A stretch of 63,775 nucleotides of DNA, counting the filler, from Octopus bimaculoides (taxonomy: Eukaryota): NCBI RefSeq assembly GCF_001194135.2. It is 3 parts of 3 records of this genome, joined end to end, with 100 filler letters (N's around TTAATTAATTAA, not from the genome) between each part and the next. Parts side by side here need not be neighbours in the genome. Positions count along the whole stretch, not along the records: positions 1 to 31,459 come from NC_069004.1; 2 more parts are not named here. One strand, written 5' to 3'. Both the position numbers and the translations under genes were made by a program. This document shows positions 1 through 11,036 of this stretch, piece by piece (the stretch's first letter is position 1; each line of letters opens with the position of its first letter). The notes beneath the pieces are model-generated. The model searched no databases and had not been told where the DNA came from. It saw only the letters and a list, made by a program, of their open reading frames with translations.

Positions 1-231
1 GGCACATAAAAGACACCATTTCGAGCGTGGCCGTTTTCGTGCGGGTGACACGTAAAAGCACCCACTACACTCTCTGAGTGGTTGGCGTTAGGAAGGGCAT
101 CCAGCTGTAGAAACTCTGCCAAATCAGACTGGAGCCTGGTGTTGCCATCCGGTTTCACCAGTCCTCAGTCAAATCGTCCAACCCATGCTAGCATGGAAAG
201 CGGACGTTAAACGATGATGATGATGATGATG
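1..231 (+). mobile_element. 3' end of RTE-type LINE with (GAT)n tail
   Basis: Same sequence as the 3' UTR attached to the RTE ORF2 at 7041-8318 (ggaagggcatccagc...aacccatgc.agcatgg...ttaaacgatgatgat); ends in a GAT repeat at 213-231. Confidence 0.8.
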
Positions 232-415
232 TGAGATAGCCATAAGTATGATCTTTTGTAATTCACTTACTTTGGGGCTGCTAGGGATTTGGTCCACATA
301 CTTGGTTGCTCCTTTTGATATTCCAAGTGTCACAATAATAATAGGTAACTAGGTCTTTACCCATCACTACACTTCCAGTAAAAATATTTGTTAATCATGC
401 ATGTACTTCCTTTAA

Positions 416-636
416 CCCTTTAGCATTTAAACCGGCCATATCCGGCTAAAAGTATTCTGCCTGTTTTATGTTCAAACTGGCCAGATCTGATCTCTCACAC
501 CAGCCCTACAATATCGTTTTTAAAATTAACAGCTACCTCATCAAAATCTCATAGCTACAAGATAATGCATGATTAGTTCAAAACAATGTGGATAAAAAAG
601 CATTAATTTTGGCAGAATAATGTGAACACTAAAGGG
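416..636 (+). mobile_element. piggyBac-type MITE, family 1
   Basis: TTAA (412-415) CCCTTTAG ... CTAAAGGG TTAA (637-640): CCCT/AGGG termini and TTAA TSD. Confidence 0.85.
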
Positions 637-989
637 TTAAATGTTATATTGTGAAAGTCTCATCAGTTACTTTGGTGACAGCAATTTACCTATCCGTCTA
701 TTTATCTTTCACACACACACATCTCTCTCTCTCTCTCACTCTCTCTCTCACTCTCTCTCTCACTCTCTCTCTCACTCTCTCTCTCTCTCTCGCTGCATTT
801 CTCTCTCAACAACAATCTGTCATTATAGTGAAAGTCCTATTTTAAAGTCTTTGTTGCATTGTTGAAAGACATATTGAAATACAGAAAAACACAAGCAATC
901 AGAATAATAGCTATATTTTTATAGTTAGATAATCTTTTTTCTTTTGAAGTTTATGTTGCATTGTGTTGANNNNNNNNNNTATATATATG

Positions 990-1320
990 TGCTGAGACCC
1001 CCTTCGGTCATGACTGACCATGGGATTGCACCTAGAAAGTTACCCTCCCAGGCACAAGTCCAGGCAAGGTTGTTTATGGAAGACCAGCAGTCGCCCATGC
1101 ATACCGGCCTCCCTTCTCCACGCCACCAGTGTTATCCAAGGGAAAGGCAAAGGCCGATACAGCTTGGCACCAGTGATGTTGCAACTCATTTCTACAGCTG
1201 AGTGAACTGGAGCAGCATGAAATAAAAGGTCTTGCTTAAGAACACAACATGCAGCCCGGTCCAGGATTCGAACTCACAACCTTACAATCGTAAGCTTGAC
1301 GCTCTAACCACTGAGCCATG
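990..1320 (-). mobile_element. tRNA-derived SINE (family C)
   Basis: Minus strand starts catggctcagtggttagagc...gagttcgaatcc (A and B boxes) followed by a non-tRNA body; a related head is at 53650-53900. Confidence 0.8.
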
Positions 1321-1336
1321 TACCTTCATATATATG

Positions 1337-1422
<86 letters not shown>

Positions 1423-2177
1423 ATACGGGTTATTTCCCCTGTTGATTCATCCCCTTCTTCCCCTTTTTCACATACATCTTGTGATAGACTGACAGACAAA
1501 GATCACCTTCTCTTTTGTATATAATATAATCTATAAGATAAGATAAGATGTTTTGAGATGTCATATTTATCCAATTTCAATCTTCAGGTCCTAATATTTG
1601 CTCAGTTTTTCAAACGTTTTCAGTGATTCTTTTTTTTCTCTTTTTGTTGGCTGGGGCTGAAACATCAATCAGAAGGCAAGGGTTCAGTTCAGTTCTCCAA
1701 TTAGTTATTCAACTAAATTGGTATCTTGTGGGAGTGTATTTGACCATAGCTTTTGGATTGACCAAAGCTTTATGAGTGAAAATTGTTAGACAGAATCCTG
1801 TTTTTGGATGATAGATTTAATCCTTCACTGCTCCATATACTAGATATTAGTAGGTTTCAGGGGTTATCAGGAGAGAATGTCCCCTACTTCAAGGCTTTCT
1901 CTTTTGATGACTCCTGCAACCTAAGTTTTGAAACTATTCTATTGGAAGTTTTTGAATGAGGTCTCTAGTTTTAGGATAACTTCTTCCTATCAATCTCAGA
2001 GGCTATGATAAAAGTCTTGGGGCAGTGGGGCTGCTCTGTCTCCTCTGAGTTCTTAGAATAAATAAATTATTTTAGTGTAGAAGAAAGGGGAAAAAATATG
2101 AAATTTTGATTGATTAAAGGATTATTCTTTTGCAGCTTTTCTTTCAATTTTTCTTATTTGCTTTACGTTTAAAACAG

Positions 2178-2309
2178 ATATTGAAGTCCGATGGGTTGAT
2201 GCTTACTTCCCTTTTACACATCCATCTTGGGAGCTTGAAATTAAATATGAAGACAAATGGATGGAATTGCTTGGATGTGGAATCATTGAACAAGAAATAT
2301 TACACACAG
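2178..2309 (+). CDS. FARS2: Mitochondrial phenylalanine-tRNA ligase, internal exon (132 bp, phase 1-1)
   Basis: aaaacag| ... CACAG|gtaaaa; translates (D)IEVRWVDAYFPFTHPSWELEIKYEDKWMELLGCGIIEQEILHT, the PheRS motif YFPFTHPS...E.LGCG. Confidence 0.96.
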
Positions 2310-2639
2310 GTAAAACCAAAGAATTGGATGCTTCAAAAATTTGATTCTTTATTTTCGTTTTCCATTTTGTTATATGTTCAGATGGGGGCTCTATGGTTAG
2401 GATGTCTCCACTGTAATTCTATGGGTCCAGTTTCATCCCTGCTCCACAGCACCTTTGGAGCTATATTCTACTCTAGTTCCAACTTAGCCAAAAGCTTGGG
2501 AATTGAATTTCATAGATAGAAAGTGTGTGCAGACTTGTTACACACACGCCCCCCCCCCTCCTTCATAAGGTTCAGCTTTCAATACTTCATCCCATGTTTT
2601 CCTGGGTTTGAAATATGTATAAGAATCAGTTATGGAGAC

Positions 2640-2945
2640 AGTGACAGTGAAGTCATTCTCTAAGCAGCAAGATTAAGGCCCCTCCATGCAATTGTTACTG
2701 AATGACAAATGAGAATGGCTAGACTGCCAGAGAGAGGCTTGCCAAAACAGCCGTAGGCTGGATGCCACTGGAATATAAGAGAAAAAGAGGCTGGCCAAGG
2801 AAGACGTGGTGTAGTACCTTCAAAGACGATCTACACAGACTGAACATCACCTGAGAAGAAGCATACCGGTTGACCAGAGGCGGAGATAATTGGCAATCAC
2901 TGACTGCCCAATGTGCCACTCAGAGGTACCAATGGGCCTAAGAAA
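2640..2945 (+). mobile_element. Decayed 3' fragment of RTE/BovB-like LINE ORF2
   Basis: Translates MARLPER..AKTAVGWMPLEYKRKRGWPRKTWCSTFKDDL...DNWQSL, resembling the RTE C-terminal RGRP..TW motif; contains stops. Confidence 0.65.
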
Positions 2946-3298
2946 AATACATACATACATACATACATGCATGCATACATGCATATATATATATATATAT
3001 ATCCAAATTGAGTGAACGGAGCAGGTAAAATCCAGGCTACATGTTTCTTAGCTAGCGGACCTTTGGAAGTAGTAACTACTCAATGAGGAGTACTCTGCTA
3101 GCTACTCGTCAGGCTGAAGATACCATAGTTAAATGAAGGTTACATTGTCATTAAGGAATTCCAAGTTACCTCACCAGAGATATAATTTGAAAGTTATTTT
3201 TTATACCTCCCATGGACTGCTTGAAGCTTACTAACTTCCTACCCCTAGATCCTTGGTGTTTACAATGACATGTGTATATATATATATATATATAAAAA

Positions 3299-3858
3299 CA
3301 TATTTTTCATAAAAATTAGTGTACATATAAGTACAAAGAGGCGAGCCTTAACAGGTTGCCTAACAGTCAAAAAGTCCAACCCACAGTTAAGAGCAATTTC
3401 AAAGGGAATGAAAAATAAAACATTTACCATGTTTCAAACTTTAATTAGCAAATAAAATAATTTGCAAGGCGGAGTTCTCATCAGCGGATACACCAAAACA
3501 TTAACATATAAATTATAGACCAAATAACACGTGTCTCATCCTTATATATTATTTTTCAAATCCTCTGCGCAAGTGCAGATTCAATTGGCAGCAAATAAAA
3601 TTTCCGATTAAACTTCTGAAATTGCTAAAATCATTTCTTAAAATCATTTCTTAAAATAGGTTAGGAAAAATTATAGAATTTTTTCTACCAGTGGCCTAGT
3701 ATGCATACAAAGTCATTAGACATATTTTTCATAAAAATTAGTGTACATCTAAGTACACAGAGGCGAGCCTTAACAGGTTGCCTAACATACTAGAAAGAAC
3801 AGTCAAAAAGTCCAAACCACAGTTAAGAGCAATTTCGAAGAGAATGAAAATTAAAAAC
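3299..3858. repeat. Local direct duplication, about 125 bp (3299-3422 and 3721-3858)
   Basis: catatttttcataaaaattagtgtacat...agagcaatttc occurs twice; the first copy lacks a 14-bp segment bounded by aaca microhomology. Confidence 0.9.
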
Positions 3859-4623
3859 AGATGGCTGGCTCTTGTCAAACCGTCCCACCCATGGACGGCG
3901 GATGTTAAACGATGATGATGTGTAGTATAGTAGAACCAGTAAATTTGGTTATGTCTCATTGCATTCTGTGTTCAAATCCTACACAAGCCCACTTTTATCA
4001 ACCATTTCAAGGTTGATAAAATAAATATTGTGCTGGTCAATGTAATACTCTACAGAAGGTTTGTAAACATGAAAATAATGCATGTTTACATTCTAGCAAC
4101 TCCTAAATTTGGAGTTCAAATTCACTACAACTATTTCATTATATTTCTATGTAGGACACATAGCTGTTGTGAATAAATTGTAGATATCATCTGGGAATGT
4201 TATATGACATTGTGTCATATTCAGAGACAGATCTGAAGCAAAGCAATAGACTCTCAGGACTCCTTCAGGGCTGAAAAGAAAGACCTTAGCTAAAATGACT
4301 GTGACCCAAACATTTCGAGGCTTTCTCAAGTATGTCTGGTACCAACAACTGGCATTGGTTAACATGGTTAATGTTTATATAAGTTGATTTTAACATTTTT
4401 AAGATAGGGAATACACATAACCCAACATACAAACAAGAAAAATTATGCTGTCAGAAAAAATACAACCATTAATCATTATTCCGAGTCTTTCACGAAGTAT
4501 GGGAGACAACTCTTACAATAGTTTTGATTATTTTAATTTTTAGCAAGTATTAGTTTGAACCGTTACAAATTATTAAGACAGTAAGAATGCCAGATTAAAT
4601 GCATTACAATATTTAATTGCTTT

Positions 4624-4836
4624 GAGGTGGCGAGCCAGCAGAATCGTTACCATATCGTGCAAAATGCTTAGTGGCATTTTGTCCGTCTTTACGTTCTGAG
4701 TTCAAATTGCGTCAAGGTCGACTTTGCCTTTCATTCTTTCAGGGTTGATAAAATAAATACCATTTAAACCCTGGGATCGATGTATTCGACTTGCCCCCTC
4801 CCCCAAACTGCTGTCCTTGCCCCAAAAGTTGAAAGC
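4624..4836 (+). mobile_element. tRNA-derived SINE (family B)
   Basis: ggtggcgagccagcagaatcgtt...gagttcaaattgcg...gactttgcctttcattctttcaggg; other copies at about 12920, 24655, 27680, 34900, 36020, 40672 and 46355. Confidence 0.85.
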
Positions 4837-4911
4837 AATAGATTTCAAATTCGAATCTTGTTCTTTCTTAGCCTTTTTAAAATGAAATACTTTGTTTTTT
4901 TTTCAATACCT

Positions 4912-5784
4912 TGTAGTGAAACCTCTCTCTCGGCCATTCAATCACAAATGATAACGAAGCTGCTAACATCTAGCCTTCGGCTGCCTTGGACCCTTCTGTC
5001 CACCATCCTGATTGATTCTTATTTGCGCGGCAATTGTCCCCATGTTCTGCTTGCTAAGGGTGCATTACGTCCAATCGTGGCCTTCAGATAAGGTCACGTG
5101 AGAGAGAGGTTTTCTGGGTTTCCGGTGAGCCCTATTTCAGCTATAAATAAGCCCGATCCAACGACGGTAGTCGTCTTCGATTCCAGATCTCTCACTGGTC
5201 TGGTCGCTGACCACATACAGAACACAGCTACAGCCAGTTCCAGCGCCGACGTCTTCACCACCAATCTACTGACTACCACAATGTCGTCGCCAGCACCACC
5301 AGAGTGCACACCAATATCAACCCACTCGGTTTTATATCGACACTGTTTGAGTGGATTATTTCCACCACGAGCAGCAGTCAGAACTAACCTGCTAGAATAT
5401 TCCGTATCCGGTAAATGGTCACACCATTGACGCTCAACACACATATTGTGATACCACAGCTCTGCTCCTTGGCCACAACTTCCTGCGTATGAACATTCTA
5501 TCTCCTTGTGTAACTCTTATACGAACTGGTTTTCTCTATCTCAGTGTTTGAAGACCTTTTACAGTCTATGTTACAGACACTCTTTCTATGTTCTGTGTTC
5601 CTCTCACACACACACTTGTACACTCACATATTGTACACACACTATTGTTTATACGACTGTCCGTTATTTCACATTGTTGTATACATTCTCTTGTACACGA
5701 AGGCCTGACTTATCTACTGTGTTATTTATATATGTCGCATGCACGCATACAGAGACAAACAATTTCACTATGTTAATAAACTTA

Positions 5785-5821
<37 letters not shown>

Positions 5822-5913
5822 ATGTTTTTGTGTTCGACCGTGCGACATGGTAAAAAGGAGCCTTTTCCGTCTACGTCGCCATCTTCTTTGGTTCGCACGG
5901 TCGAATTATTACA
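4912..5913 (+). mobile_element. Solo LTR (1002 bp) in FARS2 intron
   Basis: Starts TGTAGT, ends ATTACA; 4-bp TSD ACCT (4908-4911, 5914-5917); TATAAATA 5142-5149; AATAAA 5775-5780. Confidence 0.85.
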
Positions 5914-6188
5914 ACCTCCTCATCCTCCTTCATTGCATTATTGGAATATATATCTAGTACTTGGCTGGTATTTTATGTTATCAAACTCCAGAAGGATGAA
6001 AGACAAAGATGATGACTTCAGCAAGATTTTGAACTTTGAGCAACTCTTCTCCTTTCACACAATATTTAGCCTTGTACCTCCTAAGCTGGAAATCAGTATT
6101 AAACTGATGTAGAAATCCTAGAACTCAAAGTCCTCTAATATAATCCCTTCTGATACCACTATATGTTGTATATATTTATCTGTTTCAG

Positions 6189-6349
6189 CTGGAGCGGGCA
6201 CTCAAGTGGGCTGGGCATTTGGTCTTGGGCTAGAACGTCTTGCCATGTGTCTGTACCAAATTCCAGACATCCGACTGTTTTGGAGCAAAGATTCTGGATT
6301 CCTATCACAGTTCCAGGTTGATGATCCACACACTCCAATCACATATAAG
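6189..6349 (+). CDS. FARS2: FARS2 internal exon (161 bp, phase 1-0)
   Basis: tttcag| ... TATAAG|gtaaac; translates (A)[41 protein letters not shown]...ITYK, including class II motif 3 (GLGLERL). Confidence 0.97.
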
Positions 6350-6429
6350 GTAAACATTTTTGTTTTGCATTTTTGTGTTATTTATTTTACTTTTTTGTTA
6401 TCATCTATGACAATGTATGTATGTATCCA

Positions 6430-6980
6430 TGTATTACAATTATAGCAGGACTAATATCTCCTCCCCTTACTCCTGTTTACCGTATCATCTTTATTCTGCT
6501 GCCCTGTATTAGACATCCCCTACTCCTCCCACGTACTCCTTGCACTCCTGCCCCACTTATTCCTACTCACCTTGTACCTTGAAAGTCCACTCTGACACCA
6601 CATTAATTTCCAATTCTACCCATCCCTCACACCATCTCTACTCTGGAGCATGAATAGTTGTGTAGCTTCCTTTCAGTAAGAAACTAACTTTGCTCTGGCC
6701 CTTTTCTCTCGCACTTTACAACCCTTGTTCCCTATTTTCCTAGCATGAAGTTTCCCATTCCCTCTTGAGATTTGTTGTCTTGCAAGTTGTAAAGTGTCCT
6801 GACTAGTGCTGGTGGCACGAAAAAAAGCACCCAGTACATGCTGTAAAGTAGTTGACATTAGGAAGGGCATCCAGCAATAGAAACCATACCAAGCAGACAC
6901 TGGAGCATGATGCAGTCTCTGGGCCCCATCATATCCTGTCAAATCATCCAACCAATGCCAGCATGGAACATCAACATTAA
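6430..6980 (+). mobile_element. RTE LINE 3' UTR fragment
   Basis: Pyrimidine-rich segment followed by aaaagcacccagtac...ggaagggcatccagc...ccagcatgg, the same 3' end as 1-231. Confidence 0.65.
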
Positions 6981-8670
6981 TCCTTTGCTTTCAGATTTCT
7001 TTATCAAATATAATGTTTATTTATTCACATTGTTTTGGATTCATCATTATCTGTTAAACATACACTTTCCTTGTTGGCATGGGTTGGATGGTTTGACTGA
7101 GGACTGGCAAGTCGGGAGTCTGATTTGGCAAGGTTTCTACAGCTGGATGCCCTTCCTAATGCCAACCACTCCAAGAGTGTAGTGGGTGCTTTTATGTGCT
7201 ACTGGCATGGGAACCAATCAGGTGGCCCTGCATCGGTCACACTTGAATGCTGCTTTTTACATTCCACTGGCACAGGTGCCAGTCAGGCAGTACTGGCATT
7301 GGTCACACTCGAATGGTACTTTTTACGTGCCACTGGCACAGGTGCCAGTCAGGCAGCACTGATATCAGCCACAACTACGATTTCACTCAGTTCAACTGGT
7401 CTTTACAAGCATGGCACATTGCCTGACAATTGAAGGGTGCTTTTAAATAGACCAGTTATGCGACTCTGGCAACAGAGCCATGACTACTTGGCTTGCTGGG
7501 TCTTCTCAAGTACAGCATATCTTCAAAGGTCTCTTGTTATTGCCTCTGTGAGGCCCAACATTCACCACCTCATCCCATGTCTTCCTGGGTTTACCTCTTC
7601 CATAGGTTCCCTCCACTCTTAGTGCTTCACACAGGTGTCCTCATCCATATGCAACACATGGTCATACCAATGCAGTTATCTCTCTTGCACCCCACATCTG
7701 ATGCTTCTTATGTCCAACTTTTCTCTCAGGGCGCTTACACTCTGTCGTGTATTAACACTGATATTATACATCCAGCGGAGCACACTAGCTTCATTTCTTT
7801 CAAGCCTACACATGTCTTCAGCAGTCAAAGCCCATGTTTCACTGCCATGTGGAATGGCTGTTTGCACACAGGCATCATACAGTCTACCTTTCACTCTGAG
7901 CAAGAGACCCTTTGTCACCAGCAGAGGTAGGAGCATTCTGAACTTTGCCCAGGCTATTCTTATTCTAGCAGCTATGCTCACAGAGCATCCACCCCTGCTA
8001 CTTTCTTGATCACCTAGGTAACAGAAGCTATGAACTACTTCTAGTTTTTCCTGCTGGCATGTAATGGGATCTTGTTTTCTGTACATTTTCGGTACCTGTG
8101 CATCTGCCACACCCAAAAACTATCTTCCTAGTTAACCTTCTTTTGATATTGCTGCACCTCTTATGTGTCCATAGCTTACACCAGGTGCATCTTATGGAGT
8201 TTCTACCTATGCCTTTCCTGCATATCGAGCAGGGCCATCTACCTGAAGAGATTTGTGGTTTGTCCGCCTTCCTACTTACTAAGACTTTGGTTTTTTGCTA
8301 GGTTAAAGTCTTAGTAAGAATTAATCATACATTATCTTGCAGTTTTGAGATTTCAGTAGTATATGTATATTTTTAGAATAACATTGTAGGGTAGGTGTGA
8401 GAGCATCTCTGTCGCTAGGGGTGGGAGTGGGGGGAAGAACACTGGACTGTGCTGCACTCTAACTATTCAGTGGTGCACCCTCAGATTTAGGAAATACAGG
8501 TTACAAAAATCTTCCCACAATACAAATTAGTGCCCAACCAGAATACCCTGAAGCACTTTGAGGCACCAAAGTCTGGTAACAGACCTGCATGAGTGGTTGG
8601 ATCTGGTCAGTTTTAACATAAAACAGGTAGAATATTTGAACTGGATATGGCCTTATTGAATGCTAAAGGG
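6981..8670 (-). mobile_element. piggyBac MITE family 1 split by insertions (pieces 6981-7040 and 8319-8670)
   Basis: TTAA at 6977-6980 and 8671-8674; both pieces match the reverse complement of 416-636; interrupted by the RTE (7041-8318) and an insert at about 8405-8590. Confidence 0.7.
7041..8318 (-). mobile_element. 5'-truncated RTE-clade LINE (end of ORF2 plus 3' UTR), frameshifted
   Basis: ORF 7676-8116: LEVVHSFCYLGD...RIRIAWAKFR...LYDACVQTAIPHGSETW, typical of RTE ORF2; upstream frame holds a C4HC3 motif; 3' UTR has internal tandem repeats and an ATG/GAT-type tail. Confidence 0.92.
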
Positions 8671-8674
8671 TTAA

Positions 8675-9007
8675 CACTAGAAGGACCAACATTTCTTACT
8701 TCCTACAAGGACCATAGCGGTCACTTTTGACTGGCATTGAAAATTTTTATTAATACAATTTATTTTAAATATAAGCTAATGCAGTGAATAAAGTATTTGA
8801 AAATACAGTCTTTTAACATTTACTTATGTACAAAAGAAATATATAGACACATATATATGAAATGATGCACTTACATTTTAATTTTTATGACTGTAATGAA
8901 TGTGCAATCATGGTGATGATAATGATGATTGCACATTCAATACAGTTATAAAAATTAAAATGTAAAAAGCAAAAGCAATCATAAATGACCACTCGGTACT
9001 TCAAGTG
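8675..9007. mobile_element. piggyBac-type MITE, family 2
   Basis: 13-bp TIRs CACTAGAAGGACC (8675-8687) and GGTACTTCAAGTG (8995-9007), 2 mismatches; TTAA at 8671-8674 and 9008-9011. Confidence 0.75.
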
Positions 9008-9808
9008 TTAAATGATGATGATGACTAATTATAAATCTGAGATTATAAACAGTGACAGACCCACTCACAGAAAACTTGGAACATGTATCACTTTTCATTG
9101 TATCGCATTACCTGTTTACACTACAGAGCATCTGTTGCTTTGCTTTCTTACATGAGGAGGCACTATGGTCATGAGATGCATGGATAACTGTGGTTAAAAA
9201 GTTTACCTTTTGCACCCATATGGTTTCAGGTTCAATTCCATTGCATGGAACCTTGGCCCAGAGTCTGCTTCTATATCTTTGGGCTGACCAATACATTCTG
9301 AATGAAATTTAGGTGACTGAATCTGTATGGAATCTGATTTTGTGTGTATGTGTGTTAAATCTATGATTTAAGATCTGCCCAGAGTTACCACTCTTCAGTA
9401 TTTCCCATTGATAATGGCTAAAGAGCTAGAAACATGTCTGGGAATCTGATAGGGGACAGCACTTAGGAGATATGGTGTTTTTACACCCTTTTACCATAAG
9501 AGAGAATTTTTTCTCTGCATTAACTTTAGTAAATTTGCCTTTAAAAGTTAAAATATGTTACAAACATATTTTAACAAACCTAAAGTTCACTTGTGCCTAA
9601 ATACCGCTCGGCACTGATACTGCTGAAGTACTGGTGCTGGTGTCACATAGAAAGCACCCAGTACACTCTGTAGAGTGATTGGCATTAGGAAGGGCATCCA
9701 GACAAAAACTATGTCAGAACAGACAATGGAGCCTGGAACTTACCAGCTCTGTTCAAACCATCTAACCCATGCCAGTATGATATATCATAAATGATGATGA
9801 TGATATAT

Positions 9809-10021
9809 TTACTCTTTTACTTGTTTCAGTCATTTGATTGCGGCCATGCTGGAGCACCGCCTTTAGTTGAGCAAATCGACCTCAGGACTTATTCTTTGTA
9901 AGCCTAGTACTTATTCTATCGGTCTCTTTTTGCCGAACTGCTAAGTTACGGGGACGTAAACACACCAGCATCGGTTGTCAAGCGATGGTGGGGGGACAAA
10001 CACAGACACACAAACATACAC

Positions 10022-10052
<31 letters not shown>

Positions 10053-10170
10053 CATATATATGACGGGCTTCTTTCAGTTTCCGTCTACCAAATCCACTCA
10101 CAAGGCTTTGGTCGGCCAGAGACTATAGTAGAAAACACTTGCCCAAGGTGTCACGCAGTGGGACTGAACN
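9809..10170 (-). mobile_element. SINE family A with central microsatellite (5' end runs into gap)
   Basis: ttactcttttacttgtttcagtcatttgattgcggccatgctggagcaccgcc...cacgcagtgggactgaac; other copies at about 18900, 23650, 27250, 33390, 35150, 43380, 45530, 55190, 56280, 58850, 60765 and 62940. Confidence 0.9.
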
Positions 10171-10593
10171 NNNNNNNNNNNNNNNNNNNNNNNNNNNNNN
10201 NNNNNNNNNNNNNNNNNNNNNNNNNNNNNNNNNNNNNNNNNNNNNNNNNNNNNNNNNNNNNNNNNNNNNNNNNNNNNNNNNNNNNNNNNNNNNNNNNNNN
10301 NATATATAACACCTTCACACACCAATACATCTACACACACCCACACATGCCCACTTAAACCCTCTTGCTAAGACATTCATACACATCTCTCTGGTCACAT
10401 ATACATACACACACATGCATATAAACTCATACTTAATATTCTTCTTTACTTGTACATAATTTGAATATAAGGTGAGAAAGAGCTGCTACCCTACCCTCAC
10501 CCCCATCGCTAGTAAATTCATTGAAAGTTGTGCAAGTGTGGAAAACATAGCCCAAGTATACTTACTCTAGTGCCTGGAAGCCAGGAAATTACA

Positions 10594-10637
<44 letters not shown>

Positions 10638-10769
10638 GGGAAACGAGCACATGACATGCCTTTGGTATTTCTTGATTGGTCCTAGGCAGTTTCCTTTTTC
10701 CTCTATTAGGAACTTTTCTTTGTTGGTTATTTTTTGTTTTATTGTTATGTTAGAGTTTTCATGGTGTAT

Positions 10770-11009
10770 AAGTGATTGAGATCACAACATACCCAACTGA
10801 ACAGGACACTGGCCCATGGCAAGATCCAAGGCCAGCTATTTTGAAGGGAGCAGATAAGTTGATTACATTGACCTCAGTACTTGTCTGGTACTTCATTTTA
10901 TCAATCCTGAAGGGATAAAAGGTAAGGTTGACTTTGGCTGGATTTGAACTCCATAATAAACTAAGCATTCTGTCTGATGTGCTAACAATTCTACCAACTC
11001 ACTGCTTTA
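10770..11009 (-). mobile_element. SINE family B abutting the FARS2 last-exon acceptor
   Basis: gctaacaattctaccaactcactgcttta (10981-11009) is the reverse complement of the family B head; body matches other copies. Confidence 0.8.
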
Positions 11010-11036
11010 CTACTATAACTTTATTATTATTTTCAG

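Noticed and set aside
5094-5444. Overlapping 110-116 aa ORFs on both strands
   Set aside because: They lie inside the solo LTR and have no recognisable domain.
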